Assembly: GCA_040880545.1 (NCBI GenBank)
Contig: JBBDIE010000175.1
Span: 6,569-70,568, forward strand
DNA length: 64,000 nt
Direction: 5' to 3'
Source of the DNA: Bacteroidales bacterium
Lineage (GTDB): Bacteria; Bacteroidota; Bacteroidia; Bacteroidales; GCA-2748055
In this document: piece after piece, positions 27,352-37,369 of the stretch
Layout: the number at the start of each line of letters is the position of its first letter
How positions within the stretch are numbered: position 1 is the stretch's first letter
The notes under the pieces: model-generated
What the model was told of the DNA's origin: nothing
What the model saw: the letters and a program-made list of their open reading frames with translations, nothing else
Databases searched by the model: none
Translations under genes and position numbers: made by a program

Positions 27352-28935
27352 TTATTTCCGGTTACCTTGGTGGTCCAGAAATATTTTGATGAAATTATTA
27401 TTTAATTCATCACTATCACCGTAATGATTCCGCAACTTTTCCAGTTTGATGTGAAGTGTTTCCCGTATGTCGGCATACACAGGATCTGAGTAAATGTTAT
27501 TCATTTCCATTGGATCAGTTTTCAGATCATACATCTCCCATTCGTCGATGTCATAATAGAAATGAATTAGCTTATATCGCTCAGTGGCGATGCCGTAGTG
27601 TCTCTTGACCATATGGTGGGATGGGTATTCATAATATGTATAATAAACGGCATCGCGCCACAAATCTGATTCGCCACTCACCAGTTTTCTGAAGGATTCC
27701 CCTTGCATATCTTCCGGGATTTCAATACCTGCATAATCCAAAAAGGTAGGGGCAAAGTCGAGATTTTGGACCAGCTTATCTATTTTGGTCCCTGGTTCAA
27801 TTTCTTTCGGGTAACGCATCAGCAACGGTGTTCGGAACGACTCTTCGTACATGAATCTTTTATCAAACCATCCATGTTCCCCCAGGTAAAATCCCTGATC
27901 AGAGGTGTAAACCACAATGGTATTTTCATCTAATCCAGCTTCCTTCAGGTAGTCAAGTACTTCTCCAATACCGTCGTCCACCGATTTTATGGTTCGAAGG
28001 TAATCTTTGATGTAGCGGTTATACTTCCAAAGTGAAAGTTCCCTGCCTTCAGGCATATTGGAGAGTAATTTTTGGTTTTTAGGCTCGTATGCTGCCATCC
28101 ACAGGGCACGCTGTTCTTCGTTCATGCGATTCAGATGTCTGATCAGGCTTGTTGTATCACCATCGGGATTGACCAGCAGTTTGAAATCCAGTCCCCATCG
28201 GGCGTGACCATCAATTAACATCTCCTGCTCCTTTGCAGCGGTCCCCCGATTTTTATAATCGTCAAAGAAATTGGCCGGAGGATCAAAGATCACATCGTCG
28301 TATAGTGTCAGGTATTTAGGTGCAGGTTGCCAGTTTCGATGTGGTGCCTTGTGGTGATAAAGCAGACAAAATGGTTTGTCATGATCGCGTTTATTTTTCA
28401 GCCAGTCAATTGTTTTCTCTGTAATTATTTCGGTACAATACCCCTCAATTCGAATCTCTTTACCATCAATTAGAAAATCAGGGTTATAATATTCCCCCTG
28501 ACCGGGAAGAACCATAGAATAATCAAATCCCTGGGGAATACCATCCATGTGAATTTTCCCAATCATTGCTGTTTGATAGCCATTAGCCTGCAATATTTTC
28601 GGGAAATTATCCTGGTCCCAGTTAAAAGGCTGTTTGTTATCCACTTTTCCGTTAACAAAGCTGTGTTTGCCTGTTAACAATACTGCACGGCTCGGTGCAC
28701 AAATTGAGTTTGTAACTGAAGCCCGTGTAAAAATGGCCCCTTCTTTTGCCAGCCTGTCAATATTTGGTGTTTCATTTAAACCATGACCATATGCACTAAT
28801 CGCCTGGTAGGCATGATCATCACTCATAATAAACAAAATATTGGGAGGTTCAGTTTTATTCTGTTGCTGAGTACAACTGAGAATTCCCATTCCTGTTGTT
28901 ATTAGGACAATGGATTTTAGAATGTACTGGTTCAT
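27352..28935 (-). CDS. Sulfatase, S1 family (Cys-type, formylglycine-dependent)
   Basis: Signal/lipobox (...GILSC). NILFIMSDDH metal-binding start. SICAPSRAVLLTGK (C-x-P-x-R). Confidence 0.9.
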   Translation of the reverse strand: MNQYILKSIVLITTGMGILSCTQQQNKTEPPNILFIMSDDHAYQAISAYGHGLNETPNIDRLAKEGAIFTRASVTNSICAPSRAVLLTGKHSFVNGKVDNKQPFNWDQDNFPKILQANGYQTAMIGKIHMDGIPQGFDYSMVLPGQGEYYNPDFLIDGKEIRIEGYCTEIITEKTIDWLKNKRDHDKPFCLLYHHKAPHRNWQPAPKYLTLYDDVIFDPPANFFDDYKNRGTAAKEQEMLIDGHARWGLDFKLLVNPDGDTTSLIRHLNRMNEEQRALWMAAYEPKNQKLLSNMPEGRELSLWKYNRYIKDYLRTIKSVDDGIGEVLDYLKEAGLDENTIVVYTSDQGFYLGEHGWFDKRFMYEESFRTPLLMRYPKEIEPGTKIDKLVQNLDFAPTFLDYAGIEIPEDMQGESFRKLVSGESDLWRDAVYYTYYEYPSHHMVKRHYGIATERYKLIHFYYDIDEWEMYDLKTDPMEMNNIYSDPVYADIRETLHIKLEKLRNHYGDSDELNNNFIKIFLDHQGNRK

Positions 28936-29056
28936 TATCTGGTTTTTTTAGGTTTGCTCATTCAAATAGTAGTGGAAATTATTCTTCTGGCACCAATTTC
29001 ATTCAAATTCAGGACTATATGATAAAGAATTACATATTCACTTTCACCGTAATGGT

Positions 29057-30427
29057 TTAATGGTTTTCTATTCTTTTACCGGTCCATCGTGTGAATTTAT
29101 CAGGTGTAGGTTGTTGGGGGATTTCATCATTAAATTTAACGATCCAATTATCCAGTATTGTGCGCATCTCATTTAGCTGGTTGGAATAATCTGAATTTTC
29201 GGCTAGATTATTAAACTGATAAGGATCGTTTTTCAAATCATATAACTCTTCCGCAGTGCGGGGTTCAATGAAACAATCCAGTTGGAATTCATTCAACTCA
29301 CCAGCATGGTACAGTTTTATCATTTCCTGGTAGGTAATACTGTTGACTGCATCAGCAGGTGGTGAAGCGTTTAGCTCCGGATAGGCGTTGCGTATGTAGA
29401 GATAATCGTGGGTTCTTATTGCACGTTCATGCGCCTGGTAGTCATGCCAGTTATGCTCCGAAGCTATGTATTCCCTTCCATTGGTTGTATAATCTTCCAA
29501 AACCGGCACAAACGATAACCCCTGGTATGATTCAGAAATACCAGCATCAGCAAGTTCGCATAGGGTTGGTGCAATATCAATGGAGCTAATCAGTACATCT
29601 GTTGTCCCTTTCCTGAGTTTCGCGGGCCAACGGACTATAAAAGGTGTCTTAATGCCGCTGTCATATAATCGTGTTTTGGCACGGGGAAATGGCATTCCGT
29701 TGTCACTCATATATATCACCATTGTTTCTTCATCAACACCTTGCCGTTTAAGTTCATTCATTACTTGTCCAAGGTAATCGTCGAGCCGTGATATTTCATC
29801 ATAATACATGGCCAGATCTTTCCTGGTTGAGTCATTATCAGGCAAAAATGGAGGAACGATTACATCTTCCGGGAGATGGGGTTCCGGAATAATATTTTCA
29901 ATGTATGGGCGATGGGGGTCCGAGGCGGCCAGCCATAGAAAGAAAGGTTTATCATTGGGCCTGTTTTGCAATGCTTCCACCCAATATTCACATCCACTTG
30001 GCTTTCCTCCGTAAATGGTATCGAATTCCGGCCGCTTAGGACCAATGTGATATTTCCCCGCCACCGCAGTGTAATATCCAACTTTCTGTAATTCTCCTGC
30101 GAACAACAACTGATCTGCAGGTAGCGGCATATGAAGTTCAGGTGCGCTGGTACTGTGCGGATAACGACCTGTTAAAATACTACAGCGACTGGGGCTACAG
30201 GAACTGGTAGTCAGAAAGGCATTGTTGAAAACTACTCCTTCTTCAGCCAGCTTGTTGATATTTGGTGTTTTTATGGTATTGTTACCATAGGCCCCGTTAT
30301 CGCTCCATGCCGCATCATCTGCAATAATAATAACAAAATTGGGCTGTTTCCGTTCTTCCGGTTTTGGATCACCACAGGAAATCAGGGGCAATAATGCTAT
30401 TGTGCCAATAAATGACAAAGCTTTCAT
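29057..30427 (-). CDS. Sulfatase, S1 family (Cys-type)
   Basis: MKALSFIGTIALLPLISC lipobox (ATG at 30427; the longer alternative starts at 30463). NFVIIIADDA. SSCSPSRCSILTGR. Confidence 0.9.
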   Translation of the reverse strand: MKALSFIGTIALLPLISCGDPKPEERKQPNFVIIIADDAAWSDNGAYGNNTIKTPNINKLAEEGVVFNNAFLTTSSCSPSRCSILTGRYPHSTSAPELHMPLPADQLLFAGELQKVGYYTAVAGKYHIGPKRPEFDTIYGGKPSGCEYWVEALQNRPNDKPFFLWLAASDPHRPYIENIIPEPHLPEDVIVPPFLPDNDSTRKDLAMYYDEISRLDDYLGQVMNELKRQGVDEETMVIYMSDNGMPFPRAKTRLYDSGIKTPFIVRWPAKLRKGTTDVLISSIDIAPTLCELADAGISESYQGLSFVPVLEDYTTNGREYIASEHNWHDYQAHERAIRTHDYLYIRNAYPELNASPPADAVNSITYQEMIKLYHAGELNEFQLDCFIEPRTAEELYDLKNDPYQFNNLAENSDYSNQLNEMRTILDNWIVKFNDEIPQQPTPDKFTRWTGKRIENH

Positions 30428-30534
30428 CTTTAGTTGATTACTGTAAGCAGGATGATAGTTCATAATTCTTTTATTTAGTCGTTTAAATATCCTTATTGTT
30501 CTGTTTTTGGTTTAAATATGTAGTTTCAGTGTAC

Positions 30535-31836
30535 TCAAAACACAAAATCTAAACTTATTCCTGCAGTATCCAACTGGCTCTTGATGGTTTTTGTCTGCCC
30601 CATGGCAGTAACTGTGATATCATAATCACCTAAAAATCCACGTAGATTATACTTTCCATTTGCATCAGTTTCTCCGGCAAGATCGGTCCACCATTGGTTA
30701 AAAACAAGGTCCAACCATGCCTCACCTGCCGGTTTAATGGTCCAGTCTGAATTCCAAAGCGTTGTATTGTTGGCACCTCCTCCCCAGATTTGCCACATGA
30801 CAATACCAGAAACAGCGGGGTGACTATAAGCAATGGTCATCACATCGTGCAAATATTCAGCTTGAAGCTGCTGATCAGCAACATTTATATCAAATTCGGT
30901 TAGCTGAAGGTTAGGCACCAGTTCCGCAAATCTGTCCAGCCTTTCATAAATTTTATCCATACTGATAAGATCGCTCTCTTGTTTAAAATGACTCATGAAA
31001 CCAATACCATCCGGTGTACCACCATATTCAAGAAGCTTTCTGATTTGTGCTATATACTTGTCCTGGCGCGATCCATCACCCGGTAAAATACTGCCTTCGT
31101 TTACCCAAAATTCCACACCGGGAGGAGCATGTTCACGGGCATGTTTGATAACGTCTGCGAAAAATGATGGACCAAAAAGGTGGTCGTAGCCCAGATGGTC
31201 AGATATATCAGTTACAATGTGATTGATAGCATCCCATTCTGAAATACGATTTCCCGCCCAGGTTACCATCTCCTCAATATACTGGAAGGCGATCTCTTTT
31301 AGCTCATTTGTGTCCGCAGGCATTACATCTGGCTGTCCACGTCTGTCCTCATCTTCAATCTGAATGCGAGCCCACATTAAATAGTGGCCACGAACTTCAA
31401 TTCCCCGTTCTTTCAACCAGTCGAGCTGAATATCTCCCACCTCGTTGTTATGGGCTCCAACAACTAGTTTGTTGAAATATTTCTCCACAAGTTCCCGGCA
31501 AAGACGGGCATCTTCAGGATTAGGTTTATCTTCCCATCTTGACTGACCCATCAATGCACCAAAACCAAAAGCATGTTTAGACATCTTTACCGCAACTTCA
31601 GCATCAGGCACAGGTTCTCCTGAAATATCTGAAACAGTAATTTTTATGTCTGATTTGCGATGTATCTCAATTCTCTCTTTTGCAGATTTTAACCATTCCG
31701 GATCATTGTCAACCATATTGGTGGTGTCGTTTTTGATAGTGTCGTTGGCAACGATGGGCTCTTTGAGAGTAGGAGGAGTGGTCTTTTCACAGGACACCAT
31801 CGCTAAAGAGACCATTGCCATGATAATATAATTCAT
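30535..31836 (-). CDS. GH10-like (beta/alpha)8 glycoside hydrolase-fold lipoprotein, atypical active site, paralogue A
   Basis: Lipobox (AMVSC). GH10 landmarks in order: HAFGFG, VRGHYLMW, WDAINH (in place of WDVVNE), WVNEG, GIGFMSHF, LQLTEFDI (nucleophile motif), IVMWQIW. C-terminal Ig-like tail. Confidence 0.7.
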   Translation of the reverse strand: MNYIIMAMVSLAMVSCEKTTPPTLKEPIVANDTIKNDTTNMVDNDPEWLKSAKERIEIHRKSDIKITVSDISGEPVPDAEVAVKMSKHAFGFGALMGQSRWEDKPNPEDARLCRELVEKYFNKLVVGAHNNEVGDIQLDWLKERGIEVRGHYLMWARIQIEDEDRRGQPDVMPADTNELKEIAFQYIEEMVTWAGNRISEWDAINHIVTDISDHLGYDHLFGPSFFADVIKHAREHAPPGVEFWVNEGSILPGDGSRQDKYIAQIRKLLEYGGTPDGIGFMSHFKQESDLISMDKIYERLDRFAELVPNLQLTEFDINVADQQLQAEYLHDVMTIAYSHPAVSGIVMWQIWGGGANNTTLWNSDWTIKPAGEAWLDLVFNQWWTDLAGETDANGKYNLRGFLGDYDITVTAMGQTKTIKSQLDTAGISLDFVF

Positions 31837-31900
31837 ATCCTTAAATTAAATGTTCTGTATTCCTGTTTTGAAAATTATTAATTAAGAGGTTCTTTTTACA

Positions 31901-33199
31901 TTAAAACACAATATTTAAACTGGTCCCTTCGGGAAGAAGGTTACAATTCATCGTTTTAATTTCATTTTCCACTTGTATATGGATTTCATAATCACCTAAA
32001 AACCCACGTGCTTCAAATTGTCCTTCATTATTTGTTATTCCAGTCTCTTCTGTCCACCATTTATTATGAACCAGGTCTATCCAGGCTTCGCCTGCCGGTT
32101 TAATTGTCCAGTCTGAATTCCAGAGGACTCTATTATGTCCTTCAGATCCCCATATTTGCCAGACAGTAATTGAAGTTACAGCAGGATGGCTGAAAGCAAT
32201 ATTCATAACATCATGCAAGTATGATGCATGTAATTTTTCATCTTCAACATCTATATCTAATTCTGTTAATTGCAGATTAGGGACCAGTTCGGCAAATTTA
32301 TCCAACCGCTGATAAACTACCTCCATGCTAATCAGGTCATCCTCACCCTTGAAGTGGGACATGAACCCAATGCCGTCCGGCTTGGCGTTATATTTGACGA
32401 GGTTTTCAATTACTTCGTAATATAATTGTAACCTTTTTCCTTCACCCGGTAGAACCCCACCTTCATTTATCCACATCTCAACTTCAGGAGGGGCAAGCTC
32501 TCTGGCGAATTTAATTATATCAGCAAAAAATTCCTCCCCAAACAGGTGATCATATCCTACATGGTCGGAAACATTTGTAACGATATGATTGATTAAATTC
32601 CATTCAGTGATCCGATTATCGGCCCAGGTAATCATATCTTCGATACGTTGAAATGCCATTTTTCGCAGCTCTTCCTCATCATCAGGCCATTCATCAGGTT
32701 GGCCATACCGATTGCCAGGCTGAATACGTGCCCACATAAGATAATGACCCCGAACCTTTATGTTTCGCTCATTTAACCAATTTAATCCGAATTCGCTTAC
32801 GGGGTCATTCTCTCTTATAGCGGCTACTTTGTTAAAATAGGTTTCTACGATTTCTAAATGTTTCTGGGCATCCGTTGGATTTGGCTGGCCTTCAAATCTA
32901 CTGGTTCCTAACAATGATCCAAATTCAAAAGCATGCCGAATCATTTTTACCTCAACTTCTGCACCTTCAATTGGCTTTCCATTGTTATCCACAACATGAA
33001 TGGAAAGATCTGCTTTACGATGCAGTTCAATTCTCTCTTTTGCTGACTTCAGCCAGGCTGGATCGTCATTTATAGTACTGATTGTATCATTGTTTACTGA
33101 ATCATTACTGACTAGAGGTTGTTTCTCAACAGGAAGGGGTTCCTTTTCACAGGAGGCCATCGTAATAACTGTCAATGCAATTAAAATATAATTAATCAT
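31901..33199 (-). CDS. GH10-like (beta/alpha)8 glycoside hydrolase-fold lipoprotein, atypical active site, paralogue B
   Basis: Same architecture as paralogue A and clearly homologous along its whole length. HAFEFG, VRGHYLMW, WNLINH, WINEG, GIGFMSHF, LQLTELDI, ITVWQIW. Confidence 0.7.
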   Translation of the reverse strand: MINYILIALTVITMASCEKEPLPVEKQPLVSNDSVNNDTISTINDDPAWLKSAKERIELHRKADLSIHVVDNNGKPIEGAEVEVKMIRHAFEFGSLLGTSRFEGQPNPTDAQKHLEIVETYFNKVAAIRENDPVSEFGLNWLNERNIKVRGHYLMWARIQPGNRYGQPDEWPDDEEELRKMAFQRIEDMITWADNRITEWNLINHIVTNVSDHVGYDHLFGEEFFADIIKFARELAPPEVEMWINEGGVLPGEGKRLQLYYEVIENLVKYNAKPDGIGFMSHFKGEDDLISMEVVYQRLDKFAELVPNLQLTELDIDVEDEKLHASYLHDVMNIAFSHPAVTSITVWQIWGSEGHNRVLWNSDWTIKPAGEAWIDLVHNKWWTEETGITNNEGQFEARGFLGDYEIHIQVENEIKTMNCNLLPEGTSLNIVF

Positions 33200-33377
33200 T
33201 TTCTATTTATTGATTATTAATCAAGTCTGTCATACTTATCAAGCACTACATAGTTTTAAGAGTTTTCATTCTGACACTATAATTCGTTGTCTGTTTTCGA
33301 AGCCCTTTTAAATTTCTGCCTCGCCCAGATATACCATCTTGCTATATCAAAAAGGGCATGTTGGCAATCGATTTATA

Positions 33378-34724
33378 TTATTTGGTTTGCTGCTTATACT
33401 TTCCCATTTCAAGTTCCCATTCATCCAACAGGTTACGTAATTTCTCCACACTTTTGGTCCCTTGTTTGACCAAATTCCGGGTTTCACTTTCATCCGTCTT
33501 TAAATTAAATAGGTATTCTTCATCCTTAATCCTAAGATATTTCCAATCACCTTCTCTGACGGCCCACTGGTTATTATACCTCCAATAAAGTACTCTATCC
33601 TTGATCTCCTTATTCTTAAACAGGACCTGGGAGAAATCAGTTCCATCAAATACCAGATCGGTTTCAATACCGGCAATTGACAAAAATGTGGGCATGATAT
33701 CCATGCTAACAACATGAGAATTTGAAACGGTTCCCTCCTTGATTCTGGAAGGATACCATACAATTGCAGGAACACGGATACCTCCTTCCCACAGGCTGGT
33801 TTTATAACCATGTAAATTTCCACTACTTCCAACTTCCAACGGACCATTATCGGAACAAAACAAAACCATGGTATTGTTATCCAATCCAAGATCTTTCAAT
33901 TTTTGAAATACCCTGCCAATATTCTCATCCATTACTTCTATCATTTCCTTGTAAGCTACATCTTTATCAGGCCTTGAGCCATGAGCCACAAACTCTTTCC
34001 CGGGCAACCGTTCAGCTTCATCATTCCTGCCTTGAAACGGAAAGTGAGGAGCTTCATGTGGCAAATAGAGGAAAAATGGTTTGTCCCTGTTTTGTTCCAT
34101 AAAATCAAGTGCGTGATTAGTGATTAAATCTGTCACATATCCCTCTTCGTAAATTGAGTCTGTATTGTGCCACCAATCATGCAAGCCAATGCCATCACGA
34201 TGAGAAATATAATCCACATTACCACTTACATATCCATAAAATTCATCAAACCCATGGTTAACAGGATTATACTTTAATTCATACCCAAGGTGCCACTTTC
34301 CGAATATTCCTGTGGTATAACCATGCTCTTGAAATACTTCGCTGATAGTACGTTCATCGCTTGAGATTCCACCTGCATATCGTCTGGCCATCTGTGCGTA
34401 AATTACCCCTTCCAAACCTGCTCTTTGTGCATAATTACCTGTCATCAGACTTGCTCTTGTTGGGGTACAAACAGCGCCATTGGAATAATAGTTGGTAAAT
34501 CGTATACCTTCAGTCGCCATCTGGTCCAGAACTGGTGTTTTAATTTTTTCATTGCCATAGCAACCAATATCACCATATCCCAGATCATCAGCCATTATCA
34601 GGATGAAATTGGGAGGATACTTTTCAGGTTTCTTTTCGGCTGTTAGACACTGCTGCCCTGTAATTGCCATTGTCAATACTCCTCCCAGGAGTAAAGATTT
34701 TTTCGTGAATGATTTCATATGCAA
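33378..34724 (-). CDS. Sulfatase, S1 family (Cys-type, arylsulfatase A/GALNS-like)
   Basis: Signal peptide. NFILIMADDLGYGD. AVCTPTRASLMTGN. Confidence 0.9.
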   Translation of the reverse strand: MHMKSFTKKSLLLGGVLTMAITGQQCLTAEKKPEKYPPNFILIMADDLGYGDIGCYGNEKIKTPVLDQMATEGIRFTNYYSNGAVCTPTRASLMTGNYAQRAGLEGVIYAQMARRYAGGISSDERTISEVFQEHGYTTGIFGKWHLGYELKYNPVNHGFDEFYGYVSGNVDYISHRDGIGLHDWWHNTDSIYEEGYVTDLITNHALDFMEQNRDKPFFLYLPHEAPHFPFQGRNDEAERLPGKEFVAHGSRPDKDVAYKEMIEVMDENIGRVFQKLKDLGLDNNTMVLFCSDNGPLEVGSSGNLHGYKTSLWEGGIRVPAIVWYPSRIKEGTVSNSHVVSMDIMPTFLSIAGIETDLVFDGTDFSQVLFKNKEIKDRVLYWRYNNQWAVREGDWKYLRIKDEEYLFNLKTDESETRNLVKQGTKSVEKLRNLLDEWELEMGKYKQQTK

Positions 34725-34809
34725 AAATTATTAATCAATAGATTTTTCCTTGATTCCAGCTTAGACAAAACAATATTACTATAACATAGCTATCATGGTA
34801 AAATTAGCA

Positions 34810-35625
34810 TCAATTAACTGTTTCATCCAAGGGAATACCCAGTTCCTTGTAAAGGCGTCTCCGTCCCGCTTTATCATTTTCGTGAATTTTATGTGCGTAT
34901 TCTGCCACCTGGATCGCAACTCTTCGCGGAACAACGACGACTCCGTCTCCGTCGGCAACAATTACATCTCCCGGACATACCAATACTCCGCCAATTTCAA
35001 CCGGGCGATTTACAGATTCCACTTCATTACGTCCGGGTCGAATGCCACGACCCTTTTTTTTCAGGTATAACGGGATCTTCTGCAAAGCTATTTCATCAGT
35101 GTCCCTTGCTCCGGCATCAGTCACAACGCCCACTGCACCCAACTTCACCCAGGCCATAATGTTCTTTGAGCCAATGGTTCCAATATCTTTGTCTTCCACA
35201 TCATCCATAACCAACACAGTACCAGGAGTAATAACATTCTCCATTGACCTTTTTGAAGTTGGGGGAAGAAAAGAGGATCTCCAGTCAACATATTCTTCCT
35301 CTGGTTCGTTTCGATCCGGGCGTTGTGTTGGTACAAGCCGCACAGTTGCAGCGATACCTGTCATAATGTGGCTCATATCATCAATATTTACCCAGGCAGG
35401 ATGAATTTCAGGATTAACAAGACCTGTGTTAGGCAGGCCCACCTGGTCCAATCCGTCAGAAACATCTGTCAGACGTAAACCATGGTATAGTTTAATCAGT
35501 TCAGCATTCTCACTGGCAGAATAGGTTTGTGATTCAATTAAGTTGACTCCATCTTTGGTTTGACTATACATGGAGATGTAACACACTATGAATAAAGACA
35601 CAAAACAGATTATTTTCATTTTCAT
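34810..35625 (-). CDS. RraA/HMG-aldolase family protein carrying an N-terminal signal peptide
   Basis: MKMKIICFVSLFIVCYISMYSQT Sec-type leader. RraA-fold motifs: DVSDGLDQVG, GTVLVMDD, GSKNIMAWVKLGAVGVVTDAGARD, PGDVIVADGDGVVVVP. Confidence 0.7.
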   Translation of the reverse strand: MKMKIICFVSLFIVCYISMYSQTKDGVNLIESQTYSASENAELIKLYHGLRLTDVSDGLDQVGLPNTGLVNPEIHPAWVNIDDMSHIMTGIAATVRLVPTQRPDRNEPEEEYVDWRSSFLPPTSKRSMENVITPGTVLVMDDVEDKDIGTIGSKNIMAWVKLGAVGVVTDAGARDTDEIALQKIPLYLKKKGRGIRPGRNEVESVNRPVEIGGVLVCPGDVIVADGDGVVVVPRRVAIQVAEYAHKIHENDKAGRRRLYKELGIPLDETVN

Positions 35626-35700
35626 TATATTCAGTTATCAGGAAATTAATTTTTTAGCGATTGGCACATGCATGATTATTCAGATTAATTGTAATCTGAA

Positions 35701-37275
35701 TCAATCTGGTATTTTATTGGAAAATGTTAATTTAAGCACATAAGCCATCTCGTCAGATTGTTTTTCACACATGGTTATATGCATACCTGAATTATTCTGT
35801 TTGTATTTTAATGATATACTTTGATCTTTATCAGCAAGCAATAACGCTACGTTCTGTAGTGATTGAATATTAAACTCATTGGATGACAGTGAATTAATAG
35901 TTAATGTTTTATTATCACCCGGCCATCCGAGGATGATTGCATAGAGCACTTTATTGTCTTTACTCCTGGTGAAACGTATATCCCTGGCCGTACCTTGCGA
36001 GGGTGCCTCGAATCCCACAACTTTATTTTCATTTGTATGACGGTGACCCAGCCCCATCTTCGTTGGCCCTTCTCCATATTTGACCCAGGTACGGGTATTG
36101 TAAACTGCTTCCCCGTATTTTCCGAGCCAGTCACCTAAAGAGAGAAGTATCTCTTTTTGCTCCTGCGGTATGCTGCCGTCAGCTTTTGGAGAAATATTGA
36201 GCAGAAGATTACCATTTTTACTTACACGGTCGAGAAAGCCATGAAGTACTTCTGTGGGAGAATAATAGCGAATACCTTCCGTGTAACACCAACTTGACCG
36301 GCTGATTGCATCATCGGTTAACCAGTAATAATCCACCAGATCTGCTGGACCACCACGTTCATAGTCCAGCACAGCAACATCGTTATTTAGTGCATCTTTG
36401 TAAGTAGCTACAACTTCCTTGTTCCATTGCTCGGCCTTGTTATAATAATATGCAAGAAATTCAAGTAATACAGGTTCTCGGATGGCTGTAAGATTAAAAT
36501 CCTGCCAAATTATATCCGGTTGATAATTATCTATAATTTCCTTGTGTTTATCAAGCCAGAGTTTTTCATTTGCTTTTTCAGTAAGCTGTGCATAAAGAAT
36601 TTGCAATTCAGGATCATTCGTTTCAGGAGCATGGTCATAGAATTGCCTGGGAGTCTCAACTCGTCTTGTCTGCGTAAATCCGTGAAATGCATGATGCATG
36701 GAAAGTATGATCTTCATATCTTTTTCACGGATTGCCTGGGTCAGCAGTCCGACCAGGTCAAGTCCGGGCCCCTGGTTTTTGGCGTTCCATGGATTAACTT
36801 CGCTGTCCCACATTGAAAAGCCGTCATGATGTTCAGCAACAGGACCTGCAAACCTGGCACCGGATTTTGCAAAAAGATCCGCCCATTCATCAGGATCAAA
36901 ATTACCTCCCTCTGATTTTAATTTAGGGTGAAACTGAACGAAATTACCTTTTTTGTCCTCTGCGCCCGTAATGAAATAATGATAGGGCCATTCCTCAGGA
37001 TGACCGTAGGTTTCAATGTGATGTATATTTTCATCTGAGCCATCGATATACATTCTCCTGGGATACCATTCATTGCCAAAGGCTGGAACAGAATATACTC
37101 CCCAGTGGAAATAGATTCCAAATTTAGCATCACGAAACCATTCAGGTATGTTATAATGCGTACTTATCGATTCCCGGTTAGCTTCATATCGAACCTCTGT
37201 TTGTGCCGAAATAGCGGTTGTTGCCACAATAAATGATCCAATCATCAAATAAAAAATTATTATTTTGTTTTTCAT
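35701..37275 (-). CDS. Alpha-L-fucosidase, GH29
   Basis: Signal peptide. WFRDAKFGIYFHWGVYSVPAFGNEWYPRRMY, GPVAEHHDGFSMWDS, PDIIWQDF. Confidence 0.9.
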   Translation of the reverse strand: MKNKIIIFYLMIGSFIVATTAISAQTEVRYEANRESISTHYNIPEWFRDAKFGIYFHWGVYSVPAFGNEWYPRRMYIDGSDENIHHIETYGHPEEWPYHYFITGAEDKKGNFVQFHPKLKSEGGNFDPDEWADLFAKSGARFAGPVAEHHDGFSMWDSEVNPWNAKNQGPGLDLVGLLTQAIREKDMKIILSMHHAFHGFTQTRRVETPRQFYDHAPETNDPELQILYAQLTEKANEKLWLDKHKEIIDNYQPDIIWQDFNLTAIREPVLLEFLAYYYNKAEQWNKEVVATYKDALNNDVAVLDYERGGPADLVDYYWLTDDAISRSSWCYTEGIRYYSPTEVLHGFLDRVSKNGNLLLNISPKADGSIPQEQKEILLSLGDWLGKYGEAVYNTRTWVKYGEGPTKMGLGHRHTNENKVVGFEAPSQGTARDIRFTRSKDNKVLYAIILGWPGDNKTLTINSLSSNEFNIQSLQNVALLLADKDQSISLKYKQNNSGMHITMCEKQSDEMAYVLKLTFSNKIPD

Positions 37276-37369
37276 GATTTTAGCGTTGCTAAATATTTAA
37301 TATTTCAGAGGCGATGTATATTGATGACGCATTACTGATTTTTATATGTTCTCTTTATAAATCATTGAC

